Shown piece by piece: positions 29,472 through 40,873 of a stretch of 62,298 nucleotides of DNA. Made by a program: the position numbers and the translations under genes. The notes below the pieces were generated by a model. It searched no databases. It saw only the letters and a list, made by a program, of their open reading frames with translations, and had not been told where the DNA came from. Positions within the stretch are counted from its first letter, which is position 1. Each line of letters starts with the position of its first letter. This DNA comes from an uncultured cyanobacterium (GTDB taxonomy: Bacteria > Cyanobacteriota > Cyanobacteriia > Cyanobacteriales > CAWCAG01): assembly GCA_963793425.1 (NCBI GenBank), contig CAWCAG010000002.1, forward strand, positions 1-62,298. Direction: 5' to 3'.

Positions 29472-30233
29472 GTGGTTCAACAACTTCAACCAACTCAACC
29501 AACTCAACCCAATAAAAAAAAACTCGATGTTACCTGGGAGGCACTCCCAGAGGAATTTGTCTTATCAGATGATCCAGTGGAAAACATTCAACAACCTCAT
29601 TTAGCCTCGGCCCTCACTGACGCATTAGGAGCAGCAGGGCGTATTGAATCTCAAATGCTGATTGGCTCTAACTTCGGACTAGTAGCCACAGTAAGAAACA
29701 AAACCATAGTCAAAGCACCAGACTGGTTTTATGTACCCCAAGTTAACCCAGTAGCTCCAGGAGTAATTCGTCGCAGTTATACCCCTAACCTAGAAGGAAG
29801 CCCCGTAGAAGTAGTCATGGAATTCCTCTCAGAAACAGATGGGGGAGAACTATCAATACGTTCTGTTCATCCCTACGGGAAGCTTTACTTCTATGAGCAA
29901 ATATTAAAAGTACCAACTTATGTAACCTATCACCCTCCATCGGAAACCTTAGAACTACGAATACTCACAGAGGGTAGCTATGTAGTTCAAGAGGCAGATG
30001 AAAATGGCAGATTTTGGATACCAGGGTTAGAGCTAAATATAGGAATGTGGTACGGGGAAAGATTAGGACAAGAAATGAACTGGCTCAGGTGGTGGGACAG
30101 CGAAGGAAATCTGTTGCTGTGGAGTAGTGAACAGGCTGAAGTAGAGAGACAGAGGGCAGAAGAAGAAAGAGCCAGAGCAGAGCAGTTAGCAGCCAAACTA
30201 CGAGAGTTAGGTATAGACCCAGACCAAATCTAA
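29472..30233 (+). CDS. Uma2 family protein
   Basis: DDPVENIQQP, KAPDWFYVP, VVMEFLS, WLRWWD, ERARAEQLAAKLRELGIDP tail. Confidence 0.92.
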   Translation: MVQQLQPTQPTQPNKKKLDVTWEALPEEFVLSDDPVENIQQPHLASALTDALGAAGRIESQMLIGSNFGLVATVRNKTIVKAPDWFYVPQVNPVAPGVIRRSYTPNLEGSPVEVVMEFLSETDGGELSIRSVHPYGKLYFYEQILKVPTYVTYHPPSETLELRILTEGSYVVQEADENGRFWIPGLELNIGMWYGERLGQEMNWLRWWDSEGNLLLWSSEQAEVERQRAEEERARAEQLAAKLRELGIDPDQI

Positions 30234-30235
30234 GC

Positions 30236-30273
30236 AACTTCGGGACACAGATATTCTCAATTGTCCCGAAGTT
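30236..30273. terminator. Stem-loop between convergent genes
   Basis: AACTTCGGGACA ... TGTCCCGAAGTT 12-bp inverted repeat. Confidence 0.7.
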
Positions 30274-30348
30274 AACCTAACCGAGCAAGAGCGGGGCTTC
30301 CGGCTAGTAAGTCTGTCAATTAGAAATCTACGGGTAGAGGGTAAGGGG

Positions 30349-31692
30349 CTAAAGAGAAAGCCCACGGCTCTTAGATTTTTGCTGAGAAATTTGTTTCTGT
30401 TTGTCTTTTTCAGCCTTAAAATCTCTAACTTTAGGAGCCACTTCTTTCTCGAAATACTGGGCTTTGTCTTCAGTTAGAGTGCTTCCCTTATCAAGCCAAA
30501 CTCCCTTATTCTCATCCCATTGGGCAACCATAACGGTAGTGTCTTGCTTCTCATCAACCAAAGTAAGGCAGTTAGTTTGGGGGTTCCAACGAGCGGAGTG
30601 ATTTTCTCCTTCTACCTTATGATCTGGAGAAGATACCACACCAAACCAAGAAGAAACTACCGGGGCAGTACGTTCTACTAGAGACTGCTGGTCAACAAGA
30701 GGTTTTTCTGTTGGCACATTAAACTCTTGAGTTTCTTCTAGGGACGAAGAAGTTTCTATCCCTTGTTCTATGGCTTCGCGTGGCTGAGTTCTCTTGTCTG
30801 GTGGTGAAGAGGTAATTCTTTGTGTAGTATTTTCTCTGGTCTTAACTTCTGGGTCTGTTTGAGGTTGTGGGGAGAAAGTTTCTTGTTTCTGTTCTGGTTG
30901 AAAGTAATTATGCTCTGGTGTTAAATGAGGTTCGAGAGTTTCTGCTACTGCTGGTAAGGTGTATTTACTACCAAGCTGATAACCAGCAAAAGGAACATCA
31001 CCTATTTGAAAACTCCAACCAAGCTTTGTTTGTCTGGTTTGAATATCTTTCCGTGCCAAAAACTCCTTGACCTCCTCAACACAAGAAGATGAACCGACAG
31101 CTTCATCAACAGCATCTTGTAGCTGTCTTTTTAAACTAGGTTCAGGAGGCTCATCTCTAATACCATCTTCATATTCGTGTTGCTCTTTCTTAATGCGATG
31201 AACTTGCCCAGAGCATTCTTGAGAACGACCAACCTCGTTACTACTAGGCACTTGGCAGTAACCCATTTCTTGCTCAATAGTCCTTAAAGCATCCTGGCAC
31301 TTACGATAGTCCCAAGAAGACTCACAACAATTGCCATCATCATCAATCCGACTAACTAGCAAGTGAACATGATTATCTTCATGAGTAGCTGCGATGAAAG
31401 GATGTTCTTTAAGCTCCATAAGTTCGAGAAAGCGCTCACTAATCTCTGACCACTCTAAAGCACCAAGCTCTCCATCTTCTGGAGCGCAACGGATAGAAAT
31501 ATGATACAAAGGCTTTTTCACCCTATCGTTGAGACGAGCCACAGAACGTAGAGCAGAACTAACTTTACTAGAATCTCCTCGGAAGCCGCTAGGAATATTG
31601 GTCAGAACTACCTCTGCTTCAGAGCGATTGAGGACATAACCAACACTCCCGCTAAGACTATTAGTTTGAACTTTATTTAAGTGACTAATCAT
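30349..31692 (-). CDS. MOBP-type relaxase/mobilisation nuclease
   Basis: GYVLNR motif I, RVKKPLYHISIR motif II, THEDNHVHLLVSRI 3H motif, SRGLSL C-terminus. Confidence 0.92.
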   Translation of the reverse strand: MISHLNKVQTNSLSGSVGYVLNRSEAEVVLTNIPSGFRGDSSKVSSALRSVARLNDRVKKPLYHISIRCAPEDGELGALEWSEISERFLELMELKEHPFIAATHEDNHVHLLVSRIDDDGNCCESSWDYRKCQDALRTIEQEMGYCQVPSSNEVGRSQECSGQVHRIKKEQHEYEDGIRDEPPEPSLKRQLQDAVDEAVGSSSCVEEVKEFLARKDIQTRQTKLGWSFQIGDVPFAGYQLGSKYTLPAVAETLEPHLTPEHNYFQPEQKQETFSPQPQTDPEVKTRENTTQRITSSPPDKRTQPREAIEQGIETSSSLEETQEFNVPTEKPLVDQQSLVERTAPVVSSWFGVVSSPDHKVEGENHSARWNPQTNCLTLVDEKQDTTVMVAQWDENKGVWLDKGSTLTEDKAQYFEKEVAPKVRDFKAEKDKQKQISQQKSKSRGLSL

Positions 31693-31787
31693 CGGCGGTG
31701 ATAATTGAACGTATGATGGGTCAAAATGCTTATTCTCGTAGCTAATAGCTAATAGCTAAAAACAGTTAACCAATGGCTAACAGCTAG

Positions 31788-32108
31788 TTATCCTTGCTCT
31801 AGTTTTTCAATAGCATCGCTTAACTGATTAGCTAAAGACACCTGACCACTTCGGAGCAACTGAGAGTAAACCTGATTGACTTCTAATGTAGCAGCCCTCA
31901 AATTGCGATTCATCTGAGTAGAAGAACTACCCTTAAGTCTTTTCAAAGCAGCTATAGAATCAAAACAAAGATGGCGAACCAAACTACTCACACTTTGGTG
32001 AGTATCTCTGGCTAGATTAACCAACTGTCCATACTCATTAGGAGAAAGTCTGAGTGTAATAGAACGTGAACGAGACTTATCTGGGGAATGCTTCTTTGTG
32101 TCAGCCAT
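31788..32108 (-). CDS. mobC: MobC-like relaxosome accessory protein
   Basis: RSRSITLRLSPNEY...SVSSLVR RHH pattern upstream of relaxase. Confidence 0.75.
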   Translation of the reverse strand: MADTKKHSPDKSRSRSITLRLSPNEYGQLVNLARDTHQSVSSLVRHLCFDSIAALKRLKGSSSTQMNRNLRAATLEVNQVYSQLLRSGQVSLANQLSDAIEKLEQG

Positions 32109-32363
32109 ACAAAAAATAAATTAACTGTAAACCTCAAAAAGAGTTCCAAATCGTATATGATGAAATAGAAGCAGACAAACTGAAAAAAACAATCGCTTCT
32201 GAATTAGTTTTCAAAAAGTTTGTCAGCCAATCAACAGAAACTATCACCATTGACAAAAGAGGAAATGCCTCAAAAAAAGCTTGTGAGACAAAAACATAGC
32301 TCGGTTTAAGAATGTATTATACTACAAAAAAAACGACTTAGGCTAAGAAAGTGGCAAAAAGCC

Positions 32364-32569
32364 GGAAAATGTAACGGTTATGTCACTAACGAGTGCTTGT
32401 AATAGCAGTACCATGTAATTACCATGTGACTTTTCCTCTACAACTGGGCAAAATGGGTCTTGCTTTGCTCGTGTAGTACAAATGTAATATACCGAAATAG
32501 AGGAAAATGTAACTTTAGTGTTACGGTTGAGTACCTGAAATGTAATTACCATGTGACTATTATGTCACT
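32364..32569. repeat. Direct-repeat cluster in the putative oriT/promoter region
   Basis: ATGTAATTACCATGTGACT at 32413 and 32540; GGAAAATGTAAC at 32364 and 32502; TTATGTCACT at 32378 and 32560. Confidence 0.65.
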
Positions 32570-32900
32570 GGTAAAAAGCCCGTTTTCGGTTAATAAAGAA
32601 AATGAATCAGAAAAAAAATTCCCGAAAAGTTTTTCGATATACCTTAACTTCTGTCACAGGTGTTGACACGAAAAACAATACCTTGATCAATTATCTACAG
32701 AAAAGGTGGAACAATAAGAAACTTCGCAAAGAAGAAGTAACTAAAACTATTGAAGCGAGAATCATGGCCCTAGCTTTATTAGAGAAATATCAAGGAGATG
32801 ATGAAGCTCTACAACAAAACAAAGAGAAAATTCTGTTTGCAGCGATAGAATCAATCATGGGAATGAATGTCTTTATCATGGCGATTAAAGATGCCATTAA

Positions 32901-34269
32901 CGGGACTTAAACAGAAAAAGAGAATAAAGAAGATATAATAGTTATATGGCATAACTTTAACGTTAGAATTATCGGTGGTGAATCTTATGAAAGAAACAAC
33001 CCCAGCAGCAATGCCTCCATGCTTCAATAGATGGTGCGCTAAGTTTGATAATATATTCAGAACAAAAGCTCAAAAGAGAGAATTTAGAAACTATATAGGA
33101 GGATTATTAGGCGAAAGTAAGCGTAAAAACCTTACACAGATAGCTAGAGACAGTGTAGGAGTAACATACCACAGATTACACCATTTCTTAACCGAAGCCC
33201 CCTGGTCAGCAGAGCAAATAAATGAGCGTCGTTTGCAAATAATGAACAAATGCAATCAGACGAGTATAAACAGTGGATTCAGTCTGATTGTTGACGATAG
33301 TGGACACCCGAAGAGCGGCAATTTTACAGCAGGAGTAGGAAGACAGTATATCGGAGAAGAAGGAAAAGTAGATAATGGTAATGTCGTAGTAACAACTCAC
33401 CTTTATGACGGCAAGAAAAGCTGACCTTTAGACATTGAATTATATCAACACGCCAAATCATTACCCCAAGGAAAAAAAGACCCAGAATTCAAAAAGAAAC
33501 CTCAGTTAGCTATAGAGCTAATAGATAGAAGTATTGAGAGAGGGTATCGACCCAAAATAGTTCTCATAGATGGAGGATATGGCAACAATACATCGTTTTT
33601 GGGAGCATTAGAACAAAGGAAATTAAACTACTTAGGAGGAGTAGCCAAAAACCGTAAAGTTAGAGTGCTAAAAAGCGATAAAACCACAGAAGAGGTCAGA
33701 TTAGATAATCTAGCGCAATCACTACCAGCAGAGGCTTTTAGGGAAATAACCATCAACACAATTAAGCCAAGAAAAGTGTGGGTAGCAACACAAGTAGTAG
33801 AAATATCTAGTCTCGAAGGTAGAAAAACAATAGCTATCGTTATGAATGCTTCTACCTTTGAAGATGCCGATGATATTGATTATTTAATCACTAATGTTTC
33901 CCCAGATTTAGCAACACCACAATGGTTTGTAGATACATACTCAAAAAGAAATTGGGTAGAAGTATTTTATAGAGAAGCTAAGGGATGGCTAGGTTTGAAA
34001 GAATATCAAGTCAGGGATAAAAGAAGCCTGATGAGACATTTTGTCCTAGTTTTTTGTGCCTATACTTTTATTATTTATCATAAGCTAACCGGAGGTTTGA
34101 GAAGACGTTGGGCAAACAAACCTTTGAATACATTTACTGAAGCTTTAGAAGCCTTTCGTACAGGTGTATCTTATCGTTTTATAGCTTGGCTCAATAATAA
34201 CCATGACGTATTTACTCGCCACAAAGAGAGTTTAGGCTTTATTTGGGCTTGATTTCTGTTTAAGTCCCG
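32901..34269 (+). mobile_element. IS701 family element; transposase has an in-frame TGA at 33422
   Basis: TIR CGGGACTTAAACAGAAA/TTTCTGTTTAAGTCCCG, TTAA duplication, IVDDSG..KSG...GVGRQY and RNWVEVFYREAKGWLGL motifs. Confidence 0.95.
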
Positions 34270-35652
34270 TTAACCAATGGCTTGATAGTGAAGAATTTGG
34301 TGGCAGCAAATATCTTGCTAAATCATCTATGGCGATCGCAGACTGGTACTATTCCCTCGAAACTAAGTTACAAAAATGGGTTAGCCGCAAAGTAACAAAC
34401 TGGTCAGTAGCCGCCCTACGGGAACTTTCTAAAGCCACAGGCAAAATGATTAAAATCCTCATTACTGAAAGCGATGGTACAGCAGGAGGAATCAAAAAAT
34501 GCCTCAACTACCTAACCCCTGGTGAAAAAGCTACAGAGGATGATTGGGAATTAGTAGCCCGTAAATTCAGAATTAGCGACCAGGATTTAGATGCCCTCAA
34601 ACAAGAAGCACTCCAGCAGGCTTCTACTAACCTAGAAACAGGGGAAACAGAACTTAGAGTAGAAAACCTCATCCAAGCTCTAAATAGTTTTGGTTACGAC
34701 TCTGATAAGGTTCTACCTAAACAGCAAAGAAGGGCAACAAAAGAACAACAATTAGCTCAACTCTGGGAACAACGTGAACATAAGAGTGATGAATTTATTA
34801 ATGCTGATTCAGAGACTACCAAAAATCAGCTTAATACTGAACTTAACCAAATTAACCAGCAACTAAATTCTGTGTGTACCTTATTAGGATTAAGCTATGA
34901 CCAAGCAGCAGACTTAGCTCAAAACCTGATTGCTGCCAGAACTCCTACCACCTACACAGTAGAGGAAGTAGAAGAAAAGGTTAGGAGTGCGATTTCAGAG
35001 TATGAAACTGCTAGCAAAGAACATCAACTAGCTCAGCTTACCAAAATTAGAGAAGAAGCCTTAAACCAAGCTAAGGCTGAACTTCAAGCGGCTCAAGATA
35101 GCAAAGACAAAGCAAAACAAGAAGCTACTCAACTTAGACAGGAATTAGAACAACTCCAAGAACAAATTGCTCAAACCCAATCTTTGCAAAAGCAATTATC
35201 AGAAAAAGAACAACGTATAGCTGATCTAGAAAAGATACTTAGAGATACCAATAATCCCTGGCACAATAACCTAACCCAAGAAGCGGCTCAAGCAATCGAA
35301 GATAAATTAACCCAAGAGTATCAACAAGTAGTAGATTTTGCCCAACAGCGTATTCAACAACTAGAAGCAGAAAACCAAAAGCTCAAACACAAACAGCCTC
35401 TGGTAGAGGAAGAATTTTTCTCTGGAGCCAAAATCCTTGTAATTCAAGATGACCAGTGGGAAGGTTGTACAGGAGTCGTCTGCGATCGCCATGGTCAAGG
35501 TTGGTGGGTGGAACTAACTGATAGCGGAAACCAAACATTCCGAGCATTATTCAAACCCCAGCAGCTAACTACTAACCTCCCTCCAGTTGATAGTTTAGCT
35601 GTACAAGTAATTGAGCAACGTTACCACAAAGAAAATCAAACCTTACGAACTA

Positions 35653-36868
35653 GTAGTCTGTCATAATCAATTTTGTGAACAATATGAGAGAATAGAAAAG
35701 GAAGTCTACTGGAAGCTCAAAGGAAAAATGCAGAAACGTTACATAGTGAGATTAAAACAAGAAGAAAGACAACAACTCCAAGAATTAGTATCGAAGGGAA
35801 AAGCAGCAGCCTACAAAATCAAACACGCGAATATACTGCTAAACATAGATATAAATGGACAAGGATGGACAGACATCGAAGCAGCTAAAGCGTTTGGTTG
35901 TCACCGAAACACAGTAGCGAATCTGCGACAAAGACTAGTTGAAGAAGGTATAGAAAGAGCATTGGAGAGAAAGAAACCCAAAAGTCCATCGCGACCAAGA
36001 ATATGTGACGGAGAAGCACAGGCAAAGCTGATAGCCTTAAGGTGTGGAGAGCCACCAAAGGGACAAGCACGTTGGACATTAAGACTCCTGGCAGACAAAC
36101 TAGTAGAGCTAGAGATTGTGCCAGAGATTAGCTATGAAACAGTAAGACAAGAGCTGAAAAAAACCAGTTAAAGCCGCATCTGCGTAGGCAATATGTAATT
36201 CCACCCAAAGCAAATGCTGAATTTGTGGCCCACATGGAAGATGTACTGGAAGTTTATCACCGACCCTACGACCCTAAACATCCCATGATATGTATGGACG
36301 AACAACCGGTGCAACTTATCAAAGAAACTCGAACTGCGCTACCAGCCCAACCAGGATGTCCAGAATCATTCGATTACGAATATGAACGTAATGGAACTGC
36401 CAACATTTTCATCTTTACAGAGCCTCTTTCAGGCTGGCGCAAAGTTATAGTTACAGAGCAAAGAACTGCGGTAGATTGGGCAAAACAAATACAATGCTTG
36501 CTCGATGAAGACTACCCCGAAAGTGAAACAGTAACTCTTGTGTGCGACCAGTTAAACACTCACAACCAAGCTTCTCTCTACAAAGCCTTTGAAGCACCAA
36601 CAGCCCGTCGTTTAGTAGAAAAGCTAGAGATTCACCATACACCCAAGCATGGAAGTTGGCTGAATATTGCCGAGATTGAGTTATCTGCATTAACTAGACA
36701 ATGCTTGGATAGACGGATTGGAGAGCGCGAAATATTAAAGAGTGAAACTCAAGCTTGGTGTGTGGAGCGCAATCGATTGCAAAAATCGGTGGATTGGCAA
36801 TTTAGCACCGAAGATGCCCGTATCCGCCTCAAGAGTCTTTATCCACATATTCATAATTGACAGACTAC
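35653..36868 (+). mobile_element. IS630 family element (second, divergent copy)
   Basis: GTAGTCTGTCA/TGACAGACTAC ends, TA duplication, TPKHGSWLNIAEIE, A-run frameshift at ORF junction. Confidence 0.96.
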
Positions 36869-37235
36869 TAGGTTGCAGCGACAAGAAGCTCACCTCAAAC
36901 AAGAAATTGCTGAACAAGATAAAACCAACAGGCTTCTTGCTCAAAGGAATGCTGATTTAAGTTCTAAACTTCATCAACAAACCCCCAAAGAATTACAAAA
37001 GCTACTCAAAACTCCTGCTAGTCAATTCGGTGCGATCGCCTCTGATTATGGTATCCCTCGCTGGACTCGACAAGGGTACATAACTAATACCGGACAGCAG
37101 TACAACGGTAATCTCCTTTCTGCTCTACTAGCTTTCGTTGGGGATGTGATGAGCAATCAACTTCAGCTACAAACAGTTTGATATACCACAGCACAAAAAA
37201 AGTTAGGTACTACTTTTAAGTTCCAAGGAAAAGAA

Positions 37236-37529
37236 ATGACACCTAATCCTCAAGAAGCGGCTGAGTTTCAGAACTGGCTATGGGGTAGATTAGAGCCAAG
37301 ATTGTTTGCTATTTATTACGCTCCAGTTAGCTATCATACTATTGCTTTATTCGCTGGGGTAAGCGAAAATACTGTCAAACACTGGATGCAAAATCCAGAA
37401 AGTCGTTCCTATCGCCAACCTAGCCAGACTGCCATGAACTTACTAGCTTTGGTAGCTTGGTTTCTGAACACTTTTGATTTAACTCCAGAAGAGTTGGTAG
37501 AAATATTTGAGCAGGAGCAGAGAAATTGA
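37236..37529 (+). CDS. Small HTH protein, similar to 1168-1482
   Basis: YHTIALFAGVSENTVKHW...YRQPS...LLALVAWFL parallels YEQMAEICNRSRSTVQGW...YRRPT...HLAVMNFL. Confidence 0.7.
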   Translation: MTPNPQEAAEFQNWLWGRLEPRLFAIYYAPVSYHTIALFAGVSENTVKHWMQNPESRSYRQPSQTAMNLLALVAWFLNTFDLTPEELVEIFEQEQRN

Positions 37530-37579
37530 GAGTATTGGCCTAGTAATTCTAGCTTATCTAATGGGCCAAAACCTTCTTT

Positions 37580-38954
37580 TTGACATCCTCCCCGACCTAG
37601 AAGGTACGGGGATTCCAATTTAGAACAATTCTAACTGGATAGTTGACGTTTCATAGGCTGCTGCTACAGTTGTAGTCTTACACCTGCCTCCACGTCCGTT
37701 TCTTGCTCCGCGTTCCCTTGCGCCTTTCGGCGGCGCGGGTTCGGTGCGCTTTAAAGTCTCAGGGTGTCCCCCCGCGACTAAGATATTTATGGCGGCATTA
37801 ACGTCTCTATCGTGAACTGCACCGCAATTCAAACAAGTCCATTCTCTAATAGAGAGTTCCTGCTTACCACCTCTGAAACCACAACAAGAGCAAGTTTGTG
37901 ATGTTGGTTCCCATCTATCAATTACCCTAAATTCTCTACCATACATTACTGATTTAGCTTCTAGCATCGTTCTAAAACTACGCCAACCTAAATCACTTAT
38001 GGCACGGGACAACTTACGGTTTCGGAGCATTCCTGATACGTTTAAGTCTTCTGAGATTATCGTTTGGTTTTCACGAATTATCTTAGTTGACAGCTTATGT
38101 AAAAAATCTGTTCTGGTGTCTTTTATCTTGGCGTTAAGCTTGGCTACTCTCCTTCTAGCTAATTCTCGTCTCTTACTACCTTTCGTCTTTCTGGCAAGGT
38201 TACGTTGTAGTTTTCTGAGCTTCTTTAGTTTCTTTTTTAAGGGTTTTGGGGCTTTGATTTTCTCTCCATTACTTAATGTGGCAAAGTCAGTGATTCCTAA
38301 GTCGATTCCTATGCTTGAATCGCATTTAGGTAAGTTTTGTGGTTGTATTTCAACTACGAAGCTTATGAAGTATCTATCAGCACTATCTTTGATTACGGTT
38401 AGAGATGTGGGAGTTGAGGGAAGTTCTCTTGAGAATATAGGTGTAATGTTGCCAATTTTCGTTAGGTAAACTTGTTGTTCTTGGATTGAGAAGGCTGATT
38501 TGGTGAATGCTGCACTTTGTTGATTACTGCGCTTTTTGAACCTTGGTGGTAAGACTCTTTTACCTTTTCTTTTGCCCTTACACGAGTCGAAAAAGTTTTT
38601 ATAGGCTGCGGCTAAGTTTCTTAAAGTTTGTTGTAAGGGGACTGCTGATACATCTCTTAGCCACTTTCTTTCTTCACTCTTTTTGGCTATGGTTAACAGG
38701 CTAGATAGTTTGTTGTAGTTTAATGCTTTGCCTTCACTTTTGCATCGTGCCAGAGCATCGTTCCAAACGACGCGGATACAGCCAAATAGTTGAGCAAGTT
38801 TTGGTTTTTGCTCCTTCGTTGGGTAAAATCTGTATCTGTATCTAGCTTTCATGTTGGTTGCAACAGTTGCTATTGGCAAATTATGTTTATTGTACCTGAA
38901 AAAATCAACGAATCCGCCCTAAAACGGCGGGGTTTTAAACCTTTTTTTGTTTTG
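37580..38954 (-). mobile_element. IS200/IS605 family element carrying tnpB only
   Basis: Subterminal hairpins (CCCCGCCGTTTTAGGGCGG left; ATCCCCG...CGGGGAGGATGTCAA right); left boundary approximate; no tnpA. Confidence 0.85.
37620..38879 (-). CDS. tnpB: TnpB RNA-guided endonuclease
   Basis: RYRFYPT, IGIDLG (RuvC-I), EDLNV (RuvC-II), CSCCG...CLNCG Zn finger, DRDVNAAINI (RuvC-III). Confidence 0.96.
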   Translation of the reverse strand: MPIATVATNMKARYRYRFYPTKEQKPKLAQLFGCIRVVWNDALARCKSEGKALNYNKLSSLLTIAKKSEERKWLRDVSAVPLQQTLRNLAAAYKNFFDSCKGKRKGKRVLPPRFKKRSNQQSAAFTKSAFSIQEQQVYLTKIGNITPIFSRELPSTPTSLTVIKDSADRYFISFVVEIQPQNLPKCDSSIGIDLGITDFATLSNGEKIKAPKPLKKKLKKLRKLQRNLARKTKGSKRRELARRRVAKLNAKIKDTRTDFLHKLSTKIIRENQTIISEDLNVSGMLRNRKLSRAISDLGWRSFRTMLEAKSVMYGREFRVIDRWEPTSQTCSCCGFRGGKQELSIREWTCLNCGAVHDRDVNAAINILVAGGHPETLKRTEPAPPKGARERGARNGRGGRCKTTTVAAAYETSTIQLELF

Positions 38955-39127
38955 ATAACCTATGATGAACCAAATCCTCAAGCTATGAGAACTAAGCCAG
39001 ATAAAGGTATTTATGTAGTATAGTCTCTGCGTAAAGTAACAAATAACTGGTTATATAGTTGTTTAATTGGCGATCGCAGTATACTTTCAACGGATGAGTA
39101 CATTTAGGCGCTTTAACCTCTCAATCC

Positions 39128-39940
39128 TTGTCGCCTACGGCAACGTTACGCAAACCCGATTCCCTATCCCCGATGTCCAAAACTTCGAGTCATATCATCG
39201 CTCTATTTAACCAGTCTGGTGGTGTTGGCAAAACCAGCCTGACCATGAATTTAGGCTATCAATTAGCTAAACGCAAAAAGCGAGTTCTGTTAGTGGATAT
39301 GGACCCTCAAGCTTCTTTGACTACCTTTATGGGAATTGATCCGGTGGATTTGGAAGCAACAGTTTATGAAGCAGTTGTAGCAGAGGAACCTCTAGCTATT
39401 CACAAAGAAATTCACAAAATGGCACTTGCCCCTGCTAACATCAATTTAAGTGCTGCTGAACTAGAATTAGTTTCTGCTCTCATGCGGGAGATGCGTCTCA
39501 AAAATGCTCTATCTCAGGTTAGGAAAGATTACGACTTCATTTTGATTGATTGCCCTCCTAGTTTGGGGATTTTGACAGTTATTAGTTTGATTGCAGCTAG
39601 TCACGTTTTAGTGCCAATTCAAACTCAGTTCAAAGCTTTCCAAGGTACAGATTTATTGCTAAATACTGTAGCTAGATTACGTAAATCAGCAAACCCTCAG
39701 CTTAAGTTTGCTGGATTTATCCCTACCATGTACGATGGACGCACAGCCCAGGAAACGAGAACCTATCAAGCGATTAAAGAGCAACTTTCTCCTTTGGCTA
39801 CGGTTTATGATCCTATCCCCCGCTCCATTGCTTTCGCTGATGCTAGTGAAAAGAGAGTTCCCCTCGCTATCTATAAACCAAAGCATCCTGCGGTTAAATT
39901 ACTACAAAAAATTGCTAGAAGTTTAGAAAAATTGTCGTAA
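39128..39940 (+). CDS. parA: ParA/Soj family ATPase (likely start 39172, MSKTS)
   Basis: NQSGGVGKTS, LVDMDPQASLT, IDCPPSLG. Confidence 0.95.
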   Translation: MSPTATLRKPDSLSPMSKTSSHIIALFNQSGGVGKTSLTMNLGYQLAKRKKRVLLVDMDPQASLTTFMGIDPVDLEATVYEAVVAEEPLAIHKEIHKMALAPANINLSAAELELVSALMREMRLKNALSQVRKDYDFILIDCPPSLGILTVISLIAASHVLVPIQTQFKAFQGTDLLLNTVARLRKSANPQLKFAGFIPTMYDGRTAQETRTYQAIKEQLSPLATVYDPIPRSIAFADASEKRVPLAIYKPKHPAVKLLQKIARSLEKLS

Positions 39941-39949
39941 CATTTTCTT

Positions 39950-40873
39950 ATGGTAAGTACCCGCAAAAAAGACCAACCCTATAGCAGTAAACTTAGGGGT
40001 GTAGCTGCACTCTTGGGAGAGCCTGTTACAGAAGTAGCTAGCCAATCAGTAGCTATCAATTTAATCGAAAAGCCTGGTCAACAGCCTAGACGTTATTTTG
40101 ACCCTGAGAAAATGGAGCAATTGGTAAGCTCTGTTAGGCAACATGGTATCCTCGAACCCATATTAGTTAGACCCCTAGATTCTGGAAGATATGAGTTAGT
40201 TGCCGGAGAAAGGCGTTATCGGGCTGCTCTTGAAGTAGGACTTGTAGAAGTACCTGTTGTTATTAAAGAGCTTGCGGATGAAGAAGCGCAGCAGTTAACT
40301 TTAATCGAAAATCTCCAACGGGTTGATCTTAATGCCATAGAAGAAACAGAAGGGATTTTACAGCTATTAGCTTTTCGTTTAAACAAAACCTTAGATGAGG
40401 TAGCTTCTCTACTTTACAGGATGCAAAATGAAGTCAAAGGAAAAGCTACCCAAAACGTTTTGGGTAGTTCTCAAGAAGAAGCTATTAAGGAGCTATTTGA
40501 CTCTTTAGGAACCATAACTTGGGAGTCTTTTGTTAAGAGTCGCCTTCCTTTACGAAAACTGCCGGAAGAAATTCTTGAAGCTCTACGTCGGGGAGAAATA
40601 GCTTATACCAAAGCAATAGCTATTTCGCGGGTCAAAGATTCACAACAAAGAAGAGAGCTATTAGCAGAAGCGGTTCAAAATAATCTTTCTCTTGCTCAGA
40701 TTAAAGTAAAAGTTAAATCTATTCTGCCTCAGCCCAAATCCCTACCTTTAAAAAGTAGAATGCAGGAAGCTTACCGCCGTCTCAATTCTTCTCAGTGTTG
40801 GAACAATCCCAAAAAGCAAAAGAAACTAGAGAAGCTTTTGGGTCAAATTGAAGCTATGGTTGCGGAAGATTGA
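39950..40873 (+). CDS. parB: ParB/RepB/Spo0J partition protein (second)
   Basis: QPRRYFD, GILEPILVRP, LVAGERRYRA, ENLQRVDLN. Confidence 0.95.
   Translation: MVSTRKKDQPYSSKLRGVAALLGEPVTEVASQSVAINLIEKPGQQPRRYFDPEKMEQLVSSVRQHGILEPILVRPLDSGRYELVAGERRYRAALEVGLVEVPVVIKELADEEAQQLTLIENLQRVDLNAIEETEGILQLLAFRLNKTLDEVASLLYRMQNEVKGKATQNVLGSSQEEAIKELFDSLGTITWESFVKSRLPLRKLPEEILEALRRGEIAYTKAIAISRVKDSQQRRELLAEAVQNNLSLAQIKVKVKSILPQPKSLPLKSRMQEAYRRLNSSQCWNNPKKQKKLEKLLGQIEAMVAED

Larger units (their letters stand above)
32602..37181 (+). pseudogene. Single ~662-aa coiled-coil protein gene interrupted by IS701 and IS630
   Basis: Excising both elements gives in-frame joins KDAIN|QWLDSEEF...SMAIADW and QTLRT|RLQRQEAH (299+1379+311 = 1989 nt). 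Confidence 0.85.

Noticed and set aside
37620..38879. TnpB as a Cas12f-like effector for the arrays
   Set aside because: Flanked by IS200/IS605 end hairpins and not adjacent to any array
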